Shown here one piece after another: positions 9,429 through 18,863 of a DNA stretch of 64,000 bases. Under the pieces are notes generated by a model. The model saw nothing but the letters and a program-made list of their open reading frames with translations, was not told the DNA's origin and searched no databases. The stretch is from a virus (taxonomy: Duplodnaviria > Caudoviricetes): the IMG/VR virus record IMGVR_UViG_3300014039_000019, positions 1 through 64,000 of that record; one strand, given 5' to 3'. Each line of letters begins with the position of its first letter. The first letter of the stretch is position 1. The translations under genes were made by a program, and so were the position numbers.

Positions 9429-9494
9429 TTGGATAAAGCATTATTTTGGTTCGCTCTTTCTCTTTTATTTGATTACTTGAGCAAACTCTTTTGA
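9429..9494 (+). CDS. 21-aa hydrophobic peptide (not in ORF track)
   Basis: GAGGTGA RBS, TTG start, MDKALFWFALSLLFDYLSKLF. Confidence 0.55.
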   Translation: MDKALFWFALSLLFDYLSKLF

Positions 9495-9644
9495 TTCAGA
9501 TAACATTTCTTTTCTTAAAATATATTTTATATAATTACTTTTATTGCCGTACTCTGAAAATTTATCTTCTAACCATGAGAATAATAACTTATCCTCCATA
9601 TTATTTTTAAAACTTACATTTATAACCGTCTTATTTCCCTTCAT
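9465..9644 (-). CDS. 59-aa ribbon-helix-helix-like regulator (not in ORF track)
   Basis: AAGGAGG RBS; MKGNKTVINVSFKNNMEDKLLFSWLEDKFSEYGNKSNYIKYILRKEM... Confidence 0.75.
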   Translation of the reverse strand: MKGNKTVINVSFKNNMEDKLLFSWLEDKFSEYGNKSNYIKYILRKEMLSESKEFAQVIK

Positions 9645-9705
9645 TACTTTTCCCTCCTTTTGTTATATTATATGAAAAAGTATGGAAAATATTACACTTT
9701 TTATG

Positions 9706-9750
9706 AAAAAAAATAAAAAAAATAATCACCCTAAAAAATAGAGTGATTAT
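9706..9750 (-). terminator. intrinsic terminator
   Basis: ATAATCAC..GTGATTAT stem with long T-run on - strand. Confidence 0.65.
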
Positions 9751-10028
9751 CCTACTGTTGATTTGAGATAAAAGTGAGGTTTATTGACAACCCTGTACCC
9801 CTTTGTTTCTACTTCTCTCTCTACATAGTCCAAATAATCATTTAAAAATTCAGTTAAGCCATCTTCATATAGCGAATAAATAAGAATAAGGTCTGCTCGA
9901 CTTAATTGTTTCTCATGATTACCTTCATCAATAAATAAGTCAATTAGTCTTAATTCTCTTGCTTCCTCAACTTTAATTTGATGTTGTCGAGGGACAATGG
10001 GAATCTCATAAGGATTTTTTTCTTCCAT
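9747..10028 (-). CDS. hypothetical protein
   Basis: GGAGG RBS, own promoter and structured leader. Confidence 0.7.
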   Translation of the reverse strand: MEEKNPYEIPIVPRQHQIKVEEARELRLIDLFIDEGNHEKQLSRADLILIYSLYEDGLTEFLNDYLDYVEREVETKGYRVVNKPHFYLKSTVG

Positions 10029-10042
10029 TTGTATCCTCCATT

Positions 10043-10116
10043 AAAAAAAATAACCACCGTGAGTAAGATATTATTAGTCTAAGCTCATAATCTGTAATTA
10101 GGGTTACGGTGGTTAT
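10043..10116 (-). promoter_or_regulatory. structured leader / attenuator or sRNA
   Basis: 11-bp inverted repeat ATAACCACCGT/ACGGTGGTTAT around a 45-nt interior, followed by a T-run just before the RBS. Confidence 0.5.
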
Positions 10117-10144
10117 ATATATAAAAATATCGAACTATAATTAA

Positions 10145-10173
10145 ATTATATAACATTATAATAATTTTGTCAA
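10145..10173 (-). promoter_or_regulatory. sigma-A promoter, perfect consensus
   Basis: TTGACA-17 nt-TATAAT. Confidence 0.8.
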
Positions 10174-10478
10174 TCATCAAATTCATCATCAAATTCATCA
10201 TCAAAATCATCTATAAAACTATTTAAATCAGTTTCTTCTTCTACGTTTTCTTCTTCTACTGCCGAAGAACTTGTAGAAGAAGGAATATTTAATCCTGCTA
10301 TCTTCTCTAATAATATATTTATATCTATATTATTGTTTACATAATTTTGTTCTCGTTTCCTTTCTATTTCCGCTAAATCTTTAAGAAATCCAGATGCACT
10401 TCTTTTAGAATTTATATATTCATATAATTCTATTTCATTTTCATAAAATCTTATTCTAACTTCTTTTATTTTTGCCAT
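10170..10478 (-). CDS. ParR-like centromere-binding adaptor
   Basis: RHH-like N-terminus (VRIRFY..E.ELYEYI....SASGFLKDL), acidic tail, overlaps parM-like gene. Confidence 0.7.
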   Translation of the reverse strand: MAKIKEVRIRFYENEIELYEYINSKRSASGFLKDLAEIERKREQNYVNNNIDINILLEKIAGLNIPSSTSSSAVEEENVEEETDLNSFIDDFDDEFDDEFDD

Positions 10479-11386
10479 TTCTTTAACCCCATTAAACGGA
10501 AAGCTCTCGCATTAACCGTAATATCATCTACTAATATTGTTTGAGGATATTCTTTTTTGAAGTATTCATCGCCTGTGTTTGCTCCACCTCCTGCTAAAAT
10601 TAAATTACATGAAGCAGCACTTGGGAAACTTCCTTTAAATTCATTTAATAATTTATTCATAAAGGCATCTTGGAAATCTTTAAGGAAAGAGTAATCTTTT
10701 ATATTAATCATTTTAATTTCTCCGTCAAATACTTTTTTAGCATCTTCAAGACTAATTTTGCAATATTTCATAGAAATATATTTCTTTACATTATGATATA
10801 GCTCTAATAATCCTATATCTAAAGATTCTCCATCTACAAATTTATTTTTTTCATTAAATATAGAAATATCAGTTGTTCCTCCTCCTATATCTACTATAAG
10901 TGATTTGGCTTCTATTTGTGCTTTATTTACAGATTTTAAATTTTTAATTCCATAACCTTCAGGACGAATTGCTACATCTTCTATATAGATAGTTCTAGTA
11001 ACTTTATTCTTACCTGATCCAATAGTTATCTTTTTCATGTTATTTTGTTTTACTAATGCTTTTAATACTTCACCATATTCATTATATTGTCCCGCAGGAA
11101 TTCCTAATACAAGTTTAATTCTATTGTATTTACTTACTTTAGCAAGACCATAATAAAGTAAATCAAAGAAATTATCTTTTTCAAATTTTAAATGTTCATT
11201 TTTAAATTCCCCTTGATTAACTATCCATTTATCGTCTGTTTCGAATATTTCATTATCCCCAAGTTCTTTAATAATAGAATATTTTTCTATTCTACTTTCT
11301 ACGATTAAAGCATCGTTACTTTTATCTCCTAAAAATATACTTGTTATATTGCCTATGTCGGCACCGCATATACTTACATTATTCAT
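10466..11386 (-). CDS. parM: ParM/StbA actin-like partition ATPase
   Basis: ADIGN, LVLGIP, RPEG, IVDIGGGTTD, LAGGGA, NARAF; start ATG 11386 after GGAGG. Confidence 0.9.
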   Translation of the reverse strand: MNNVSICGADIGNITSIFLGDKSNDALIVESRIEKYSIIKELGDNEIFETDDKWIVNQGEFKNEHLKFEKDNFFDLLYYGLAKVSKYNRIKLVLGIPAGQYNEYGEVLKALVKQNNMKKITIGSGKNKVTRTIYIEDVAIRPEGYGIKNLKSVNKAQIEAKSLIVDIGGGTTDISIFNEKNKFVDGESLDIGLLELYHNVKKYISMKYCKISLEDAKKVFDGEIKMINIKDYSFLKDFQDAFMNKLLNEFKGSFPSAASCNLILAGGGANTGDEYFKKEYPQTILVDDITVNARAFRLMGLKKWQK

Positions 11387-11401
11387 ATTAACCCTCCATA
11401 T

Positions 11402-11498
11402 CATTTAAATAGGACTTTTTGCCCTTTCTGATATTATTATATGATAGATATTCAAAAAATACAACTACTTTTTAAAAAAAATCCATTTAAATTGGACT
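11402..11498 (-). promoter_or_regulatory. par promoter flanked by candidate ParR operator/centromere repeats
   Basis: CATTTAAAT(A/T)GGACT at 11402-11416 and 11484-11498 around TTGTAT-17 nt-TATAAT. Confidence 0.5.
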
Positions 11499-11500
11499 AT

Positions 11501-11540
11501 AAATAAAAATAACCCCCCCTAGTCATAAGACTAGAGGGGT
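11501..11540 (-). terminator. terminator ending the late operon
   Basis: ACCCC(C)CTAGTC-ATAA-GACTAGAGGGGT stem with T-rich tail on - strand. Confidence 0.8.
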
Positions 11541-11562
11541 AATTTGTTTATATATCTATTAA

Positions 11563-12183
11563 TTATTCTGATTTAGGAACAAATGTTTTAGAAACACCAT
11601 TTATAGTTACTATTAATTCTCCATTATCATTGAATGATAATTGAGGAATTTTATTATTTACATATGTTTCAGTTGCATATCCTTTTAAAGATTGGTGCTC
11701 TGTTAAATATCCTTTAGAAGTTAACTCTGTTTCAGTAATATATTCATCAGGAATAGTAGTTAAAAACTTGCTATCATTAGTCAATTCACTTACTTTAGTA
11801 GGTACAGTTATTGCATCAATCAAACCTTTTAATATCTTACCTTGTTTAGCCGATAAAGGTTTATTCGTAGTTTCTGTTGTTAAATTATCAATTATATCTG
11901 AAACATTTACCTTACTTGTAGTGACCCCGTCAATTAAAGATTTATTATTTTTTATATATGTAACTATTTCTGATAGCTGATCTAATGTTTCATCATCTGA
12001 ATCAGCAAGTGTATTTAATTTAGTTGTTAGATTTGCTATAAGAGTTCTAATGTCACTATGAGATTCGTTTGAACTATTGTGTTCAGTTATTTCGGTATAT
12101 AAATCATTGTGTAAATCATTTTTTTCATTAAAAATATATTGTTTCAATCCTCTTATTAAAAAATTTATTTGTTTTAAATTCAT
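11563..12183 (-). CDS. tail-fibre-like protein
   Basis: HN...SHSDIR, IIDNLTT...PLSAKQGK, VSELTNDS, YLTEHQSL fibre repeats; shared C-terminal tag. Confidence 0.7.
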   Translation of the reverse strand: MNLKQINFLIRGLKQYIFNEKNDLHNDLYTEITEHNSSNESHSDIRTLIANLTTKLNTLADSDDETLDQLSEIVTYIKNNKSLIDGVTTSKVNVSDIIDNLTTETTNKPLSAKQGKILKGLIDAITVPTKVSELTNDSKFLTTIPDEYITETELTSKGYLTEHQSLKGYATETYVNNKIPQLSFNDNGELIVTINGVSKTFVPKSE

Positions 12184-12195
12184 AAAATCACCTTC

Positions 12196-13710
12196 CTATA
12201 CTGGATAATTTGTATCTACACTTAAAATTATATCTCCAGTTACATTTTCAATTTTTATAGTTGCAGTTTTTGGTGAAGATGAAGTGTTCATTGTTACAAC
12301 ACCTTCATTAGAAGTTATGTCTACACCGTTCATTTCTACTTTATTTACTCTTAAAGTTTTTCCGCTAAATGTAAATTCAAAATTTTTCCCTTTTTCTACT
12401 CCTATAATTGGAGGCATTAATGCTACGCCTTGATTAGAAACACTATATAAAATTGAAATACCATTCTCTGTTAATGCATTTTCAAATTCTTCATCTGTTA
12501 TATCTTCACTTGTTCCAGCTGTTATATTATCATCAAAATATTTTTTAGTTATCAAATCTTTATCTTCTGTTGGCGTACCTTCTTGTGTTAACTTGCCTGC
12601 AAACCAAGCATTACCATTCCAATCTAATGTGTGAGCATTACTTCTTTCCATGCCACTTTTGCCGTTACCAACTATGTGAGCGTATTTACTACTTTTATCT
12701 TCTATATTATATTTACCTTGAACGTGTTGATAATCTGATGAAGCAGTCGTAAAACTACCTTCTACATGAGATGCTTTTCCATAAGCGTTTGTTCCCTCTC
12801 CTTCTGCATGAGAAGTTTGCCCCTTAGCTTTCGTTTCCTCTCCTTCTGCATGAGATGCCCATCCACTAGCAGTTGTATTCTTACCTTCTGCATAAGAACA
12901 TCCTCCTGACGCTTCAACGATTTTCCCAATAGCAACACTATATTCTCCTATAGTTGTTCCTTCTTTCCTATTCATACTCATACTGCCAGTAAATACAGGG
13001 TTTTCTCCAGTAAACAGCATAGGAGTTAAAGGAACACTAATTTCAGAAATCTTGTCATCCCCCATTCTTCTAGTCAACATAATCCATTTATAAGGGGAAT
13101 TAGTAGTAGATGTTAAAGTTACTTGACAAACAATATCCCTAGCACCACTCATTGATTCTACTTTAAGAATTTCTATTTGTATTTCACAATTACCGCTTAT
13201 AGGATTATCTTTAGCTCTACTTTGTCCTCTAAACACTTGATTTATTTGAATATCAACTGTATCTATAAGAGTGTCTAAAGATTGAAGAATAGTACTGCCT
13301 GCATCAAATGATACTTCTGTAGTCGCTAAGTCTGTGAATATTTGTATAGTTTTATTTTCACCTATTTGTTCTTGTATAGTTGGTAATTCAGTCCCCTGAT
13401 CTATTTTCTCTCCACTTTCTTTAAGTAAATATAATTTACCTTCTTCAACTTTTGTCTCACATGGAATACTATCATTAATTTCACTATCGTCTTTGTTATA
13501 TAAACAGCATACATACATTTCCCATTCTTCTGTATTTTTAGGTGTAGGCAATTTAACATTATGAAGTAGTTTAATTAATTCTTTATCATTTATTCCGTAA
13601 GATTTAATTGTTTGATATACTCTGTATATTTGAATTGTCGTTCTAGGATAAGAGATTTTACCATATCCCTTACTATATTTATTATTAAAGTATTTAATTA
13701 ACTTGTTCAT
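12196..13710 (-). CDS. fibre/adhesin with YadA-head-like SHAEG repeats
   Basis: shared N-terminal module; SHAEG repeats; HIVGNG..RSNAHTLDWNGNAWF. Confidence 0.75.
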   Translation of the reverse strand: MNKLIKYFNNKYSKGYGKISYPRTTIQIYRVYQTIKSYGINDKELIKLLHNVKLPTPKNTEEWEMYVCCLYNKDDSEINDSIPCETKVEEGKLYLLKESGEKIDQGTELPTIQEQIGENKTIQIFTDLATTEVSFDAGSTILQSLDTLIDTVDIQINQVFRGQSRAKDNPISGNCEIQIEILKVESMSGARDIVCQVTLTSTTNSPYKWIMLTRRMGDDKISEISVPLTPMLFTGENPVFTGSMSMNRKEGTTIGEYSVAIGKIVEASGGCSYAEGKNTTASGWASHAEGEETKAKGQTSHAEGEGTNAYGKASHVEGSFTTASSDYQHVQGKYNIEDKSSKYAHIVGNGKSGMERSNAHTLDWNGNAWFAGKLTQEGTPTEDKDLITKKYFDDNITAGTSEDITDEEFENALTENGISILYSVSNQGVALMPPIIGVEKGKNFEFTFSGKTLRVNKVEMNGVDITSNEGVVTMNTSSSPKTATIKIENVTGDIILSVDTNYPV

Positions 13711-13751
13711 TTAATCAACTCCTTAAAATAATAACCCCTTTCAATTGATTT

Positions 13752-14912
13752 TTATGCTTTAGGTGTAAATGTTTTTGTTACTCCGTTTATAGTTACTACT
13801 AACTCTCCGTCAGAATTAATATATATATCGTTAGTACTTAATAATTTTTTACCATTATTTTGATTATCGCCTTTGACATATACATCGCCTGCGAACCAAG
13901 CATTGCCTTTCCAATCAAGAGTATAAGCATTACTTCTTTCTGTATCATCAGTACCATTACCAACTATGTGGGCATACTTATCATTAGCATCCTCTATATT
14001 ATATTTACCTTGAACGTGTTGATAATTTGATGATGCTTTAGTACTAAACCCTTCTGCATGAGATGCATAAGCCATAGTATAGGTTTCTGTACAACTTCCT
14101 TCTGCATGAGAATAATCTCCTCTAGCGACTGTATTTCGTCCTTCTGCATGGGAATCCTCTCCATAAGCTAAATTATAAGAACCTTGAGCGCAAGAACAAT
14201 TCCCATCAGCAGTTAAATCCCTCCCAATAGCAATAGAATTACGACTTGAGGCTATTGCTCCTTCACCAACAGCAATACTATTATTATAAGCGAATCCTCC
14301 AATTACAATATTGTCTTTTGGAGTTATATATATATCGCTAATATAATCTGTAATTTCAAAAATTTTAATAATTCTTCCTTGAGGAAATTCATTAGACGAA
14401 TAAATACTCATTTTATTATCTAATGTATTAGTATAATATTTTATACCGTTTGAATCGTAATAAACAGAATCATAAGAAGTAGAATCTTGTACTCGATATA
14501 AGGAATCAAAATCTATCCCTATATAAATAACAAATTTATTTAACTTTTGAAAATCTATATCGTATTTAGAAAAATCTAGTACCCTATAGTTCCCAACCAT
14601 ACTTTCATAATATTCTAAATTATTTAATTCATCTGCGGTTAGCTCAATAGTATATTCATTTAATATTTGTGGCATCATTTTATTTCGAGGTATTCCGTCA
14701 TTAATACATTCTGAATACATTTCCATTTCTTCCATTGTTTTAGGTTTAGGTAATTTAATACTATGTAATAATTTAGTTAATTCATTATCTTCAATATTAT
14801 AGTCTTTAATTATTTGATAAACTTGGTATATCTGCATTGTTGTTCTTGGGAAAGAAATCTTTCTATATTCTTTCCCATAATTTTTATTAAAATATTTAAT
14901 TAATTTATTCAT
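13752..14912 (-). CDS. fibre/adhesin with SHAEG repeats
   Basis: same N-terminal module, SIAIG/SHAEG repeats, shared C-terminal tag. Confidence 0.75.
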   Translation of the reverse strand: MNKLIKYFNKNYGKEYRKISFPRTTMQIYQVYQIIKDYNIEDNELTKLLHSIKLPKPKTMEEMEMYSECINDGIPRNKMMPQILNEYTIELTADELNNLEYYESMVGNYRVLDFSKYDIDFQKLNKFVIYIGIDFDSLYRVQDSTSYDSVYYDSNGIKYYTNTLDNKMSIYSSNEFPQGRIIKIFEITDYISDIYITPKDNIVIGGFAYNNSIAVGEGAIASSRNSIAIGRDLTADGNCSCAQGSYNLAYGEDSHAEGRNTVARGDYSHAEGSCTETYTMAYASHAEGFSTKASSNYQHVQGKYNIEDANDKYAHIVGNGTDDTERSNAYTLDWKGNAWFAGDVYVKGDNQNNGKKLLSTNDIYINSDGELVVTINGVTKTFTPKA

Positions 14913-14920
14913 TATTTCAC

Positions 14921-15739
14921 CTATCTTTCGAATACTTCTACATATTTACTACTAGCAGTTATATAATAGCCTGCTTTAACTAAATACATATGCGTACCAC
15001 AACCAGTATCAGTAACTTCTTTCACTATAGTTACACAAGTTCCTGCTTTAACCTCTCCAATCACAGAAGAAGAATTGAAATCAGGAGTTTTATGTATATT
15101 AACATCTTTAAGAACTCTTAAATATTTTGTTTTAGTAGTTGTAGTATTAGGAATTTGAGTAACATTACCTTTACCATTAGTACAGTTTACGATGTCAGAT
15201 AGTTTTATTTTACCTGCCTTTAAATTGTAACAATCTAATCTAAATTGTTCGTATTTTTTTGGATTTAAAACCATGTAAATTGGACACAATTTATATGCTC
15301 TACCAACAACATCTGTGTGTCTAATTATGTCTTTCTTAGGGTTTAACCCTTTATTTGCGCACAACCAAGCACAAAGATGTACCATAGCTTTATATGTAGC
15401 ATCTGTATAATGGTTATCCTTACCTGTGGTTGCCACTTCAACTCCAACAGCATAAGAATTAGCACTATTAGTACAATAACACATTTCATTCAATGGGATT
15501 AATTGATATATTGTTCCGTCTAGGTCAATTACAAAATGAGCAGATGCGTAGATATATCTTCCGTTTACTTTATATCCGTTTGCCACAACATTGTTAAAAT
15601 AGCTAACTGTATTTTTTCCCGGAACATCTGCTTGACCTGTGTAGTGTATTGCCACTTTAGTATAATTTAATTTAATTCCGGGTCTACCGTATTTATTAAA
15701 TTTCATAAATTTTTCTATTATTTTTGGTTTTTGAACCAT
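14921..15739 (-). CDS. endolysin, N-acetylmuramoyl-L-alanine amidase (Amidase_2) with SH3-like C-terminus
   Basis: IHYT, SAHF, GVEV, RHTD, KLCP zinc-amidase motifs. Confidence 0.9.
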   Translation of the reverse strand: MVQKPKIIEKFMKFNKYGRPGIKLNYTKVAIHYTGQADVPGKNTVSYFNNVVANGYKVNGRYIYASAHFVIDLDGTIYQLIPLNEMCYCTNSANSYAVGVEVATTGKDNHYTDATYKAMVHLCAWLCANKGLNPKKDIIRHTDVVGRAYKLCPIYMVLNPKKYEQFRLDCYNLKAGKIKLSDIVNCTNGKGNVTQIPNTTTTKTKYLRVLKDVNIHKTPDFNSSSVIGEVKAGTCVTIVKEVTDTGCGTHMYLVKAGYYITASSKYVEVFER

Positions 15740-15757
15740 AAAATCATCTCCTTGTTA

Positions 15758-15789
15758 AAATAAAAAGAGCAGAGAACAATCTCTACTCT
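15758..15789 (-). terminator. probable weak terminator
   Basis: AGAG(C)AGAGA..TCTCT(A)CTCT stem with T-run on - strand. Confidence 0.5.
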
Positions 15790-17339
15790 GATTTAGGTAC
15801 AAATGTTTTTGTTACACCATTTATAGTGACCACTAATTCTCCCGCATCATTAAATGATATATCTTTTGTACTTAATAATTTATTTCCTTCATCTTGATTA
15901 TTTCCTCCGACATAAACATCCTTTTTAAACCATGCGTTACCATTCCAATCTAATGTATGTGCATTAGAACGATGACTTTCTCCTGTCCCATTCCCAACGA
16001 TTAAAGTATATCTATCATCTTCATTTATGTTATTATATGCCCCAAAAGCAAGTTGTCCTGCTGAATTTGATTCTACACACATTCCTATGGCAGCACTATT
16101 AGTTCCACGAGCAACGGTTCTTTCTCCAACAGAAAGGCTTCTATCCCCTTGAATTTTCCCATTAGAATTATCGTAATTCGTACCTACTTGAAGTGAATCA
16201 GAAATTGTTGCACTTGCTGGTAAATAAACCCCATTTTGAATTTTAAAGTTTTTATCTATTTCATACAAGCTTATTGATAAAGAAAGATTAATAGAATGGA
16301 ATATACTTTCACAAGTACAATTAAAAGATGTAGTTTTATTTTTTTGAAATACAAGTTTTGTATTTTCTTTACTTGCTACTACATATATATATAATTTTAA
16401 ATCTTTTTCTTTATCAATATACATAACCATTGAAGTATGAAGATATTCTAAGTCTCCTCTATAAGAATGATATAGTCGATAAGTTCTTCCTTTATTTATT
16501 TGAAGATAATAGTCCATGTTTTGATAAGCTAATCCTTCTATTCGTGCGCTATTTATAATCCATGTATGCGTAGACATAGAAGAATTAGAAAAAAAATCAT
16601 CAATAGCAGATTTACTTACATCTGTATTAAATACTTCTCTTAATGTATAATCTTCCTTAGAATCAACATATTTTTTATTAACTAAAATATTACTATCATC
16701 GTTATCAGATATAGTGTCAGAAAATTTTATAGGTTTTTTAATGTTTAAATATTTTTGTGATTTATTAGCCACAAAACATCCATCTAAATCAATATGATTA
16801 GGAGAAATTGATATATAACCGTCTTTATTTCCTAAATGAATAGTTTCAGGCATTAATTCTGTATCAATTTTCTTTAGTTCTATAATTTCATATATTTCTA
16901 AATCTGTTTTAATATCAACATACCCATCTGTTAAATCTATTTCAAAATACTCTTCATTAATTATCGTATCTTCTTGCTCGATGTCATAATATGAATTAGG
17001 ATATATATTAATTTCTCCAATAGAATCTTCATGGTAAAGAGCTGTCCCCCAAGGAGTTAGTTGTGGATACATAAAAAATTGTTGATTTAAAAATTTTATA
17101 TAGTATTTTTTATTTGTATCAATTTCTAAATGTTTATTAAAATAAGTATAACGATAATTATTTGACATATTCCATGTTCTATTTATTAATTCTTCTTTTG
17201 TTATTTTTAAAATTAATTTCTTTTTTACATAACAAGGTAATATATCATAAACATCTGTATTAATTTTTTTATCTACCTGATCTAAAGTTTTATTAAAATC
17301 TTTTTTTAATTCTTGTAATAATATATCTTCGTTTAACAT
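15783..17339 (-). CDS. fibre/adhesin protein
   Basis: VGNG..RSNAHTLDWNGNAWF and C-terminal ISFNDAGELVVTINGVTKTFVPKSE. Confidence 0.7.
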   Translation of the reverse strand: MLNEDILLQELKKDFNKTLDQVDKKINTDVYDILPCYVKKKLILKITKEELINRTWNMSNNYRYTYFNKHLEIDTNKKYYIKFLNQQFFMYPQLTPWGTALYHEDSIGEINIYPNSYYDIEQEDTIINEEYFEIDLTDGYVDIKTDLEIYEIIELKKIDTELMPETIHLGNKDGYISISPNHIDLDGCFVANKSQKYLNIKKPIKFSDTISDNDDSNILVNKKYVDSKEDYTLREVFNTDVSKSAIDDFFSNSSMSTHTWIINSARIEGLAYQNMDYYLQINKGRTYRLYHSYRGDLEYLHTSMVMYIDKEKDLKLYIYVVASKENTKLVFQKNKTTSFNCTCESIFHSINLSLSISLYEIDKNFKIQNGVYLPASATISDSLQVGTNYDNSNGKIQGDRSLSVGERTVARGTNSAAIGMCVESNSAGQLAFGAYNNINEDDRYTLIVGNGTGESHRSNAHTLDWNGNAWFKKDVYVGGNNQDEGNKLLSTKDISFNDAGELVVTINGVTKTFVPKSE

Positions 17340-17350
17340 AAAATCACCTC

Positions 17351-18106
17351 TTATTGTGGGGATTGTTCAGAAATTTCTACTAAACAAGGCTGACTCAATA
17401 CAGATTTATCTTCCATAAAAACATTTAAAATCATGTAGAAATAAACATTATAAGTTATAAAATGTCCGTATACTATATCATTAGGAGAATCATAATTTTG
17501 AAGATATTCTGAATCATCATTTACATTTTCCTTAGACAATTCTTCTAATGCTCCTTGAATATCGGATATTTTAATCATATAAAGTTTTAAAGAATATCTG
17601 TAAGAATCATCTAAAGACTCATCTGCCACATCTTGTATATTATTATCATGAAGCTCTAAAACCAATATATAATCTAAATCTATTTGAGTTAAAGAGATTC
17701 CTATAAGAGTTCTACCATAAATCAAATTGACATTAACAGGTTTATATGAAAGCGCAGAAAGACTTTGAGGACTCGTTCCTTGAGGTGGTCCGGAAGGTGT
17801 TTTTAATGTAACAAAATTCAATTCGATATCTTTATATGAAAAATTTCTTTGGATTACAAAAACATGAATCGCTCCACCTGTTTCTAAAAGATTATTTATT
17901 GATTCTGTATCCTTTATTCTTAGTTCACAATAACCATCATGATTTACATATTGACATTTTATAGGAGTTAATTTACTTCCACCACCAATATTACTTCCAT
18001 CAATTCTATACATCTTACCATCTTTCCCTAAAGCCAACACAGTATCGACTTGTTCTTTATCTTCTAATAATGGTAAATCTGTTACTTTTGTTCTTAAATC
18101 ATTCAT
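17351..18106 (-). CDS. hypothetical tail-region protein
   Basis: ORF with GGAG RBS. Confidence 0.65.
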   Translation of the reverse strand: MNDLRTKVTDLPLLEDKEQVDTVLALGKDGKMYRIDGSNIGGGSKLTPIKCQYVNHDGYCELRIKDTESINNLLETGGAIHVFVIQRNFSYKDIELNFVTLKTPSGPPQGTSPQSLSALSYKPVNVNLIYGRTLIGISLTQIDLDYILVLELHDNNIQDVADESLDDSYRYSLKLYMIKISDIQGALEELSKENVNDDSEYLQNYDSPNDIVYGHFITYNVYFYMILNVFMEDKSVLSQPCLVEISEQSPQ

Positions 18107-18117
18107 TGTATCATCTC

Positions 18118-18444
18118 CTAAATTTCTATTAATTTATTATTTTCATCTGATAAATATGTTCCGTCAGATAACATTAAAGCATCTACTACTAATCCATAAT
18201 AAAGCATTTTATCTAATGTTTCGTTTTCATAGTTTAAACATTCAGAATAAAATTCTCTTTCAGTTATATTTCTAGGTTTAGGTAAGACACATTCTTTAAG
18301 TAATGAAATTAAATATGTATCTGATATATTGCAATCCTTTATTGATTGATATGCTTGATATATTTGGATTGTTGTTCTAGGATATGCTATCTTACCGTAT
18401 TCTTTTCCATAATTTGTGTTAAAGTATTTAATTAATTCATTCAT
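18118..18444 (-). CDS. paralogue family member (shared module plus short tag)
   Basis: MNELIKYFN..YPRTTIQIY..LPKP..E.YSEC. Confidence 0.7.
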   Translation of the reverse strand: MNELIKYFNTNYGKEYGKIAYPRTTIQIYQAYQSIKDCNISDTYLISLLKECVLPKPRNITEREFYSECLNYENETLDKMLYYGLVVDALMLSDGTYLSDENNKLIEI

Positions 18445-18455
18445 TTAATCAACTC

Positions 18456-18863
18456 CTATACAGGTGCGTTACCATATACTCCATCTCTAGTATAAATATT
18501 TATCGCTTTATCTTCTAATCTTATTTCCACACTTTCAGCAGTACATATTATATCCTCATCGTTTTCCACTAAAATAATTTTACCTTTTCTTATAGCTTCT
18601 GCTATTTCATCTATTTCATCTTCCCATTCTTCTTTTGGTATACTTATAGTGTAATATTCATTTCCATCTTCATTTAAAGAAAAATAATCTTTCCATGAAT
18701 CTATTTTAGGCAATTTAACATCTTTTAACATTTCTTGTATTTCATCATTTTGTATACGAGATAAGAATTTATATGTTTTTAATATTTGTAAGTCTGTTTT
18801 TGGGTACGGAAGATAAAATATGCCACCGAATAACTCGTTATATTTATTTATTATTTTATTCAT
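18456..18863 (-). CDS. paralogue family member
   Basis: MNKIINKYN..YPKT..VKLPK. Confidence 0.65.
   Translation of the reverse strand: MNKIINKYNELFGGIFYLPYPKTDLQILKTYKFLSRIQNDEIQEMLKDVKLPKIDSWKDYFSLNEDGNEYYTISIPKEEWEDEIDEIAEAIRKGKIILVENDEDIICTAESVEIRLEDKAINIYTRDGVYGNAPV

Noticed and set aside
11563-15860. Diversity-generating retroelement or invertible shufflon behind the repeated fibre C-termini
   Set aside because: No reverse transcriptase or recombinase in the window. Copies are all coding and in the same orientation, and differences are not adenine-specific.
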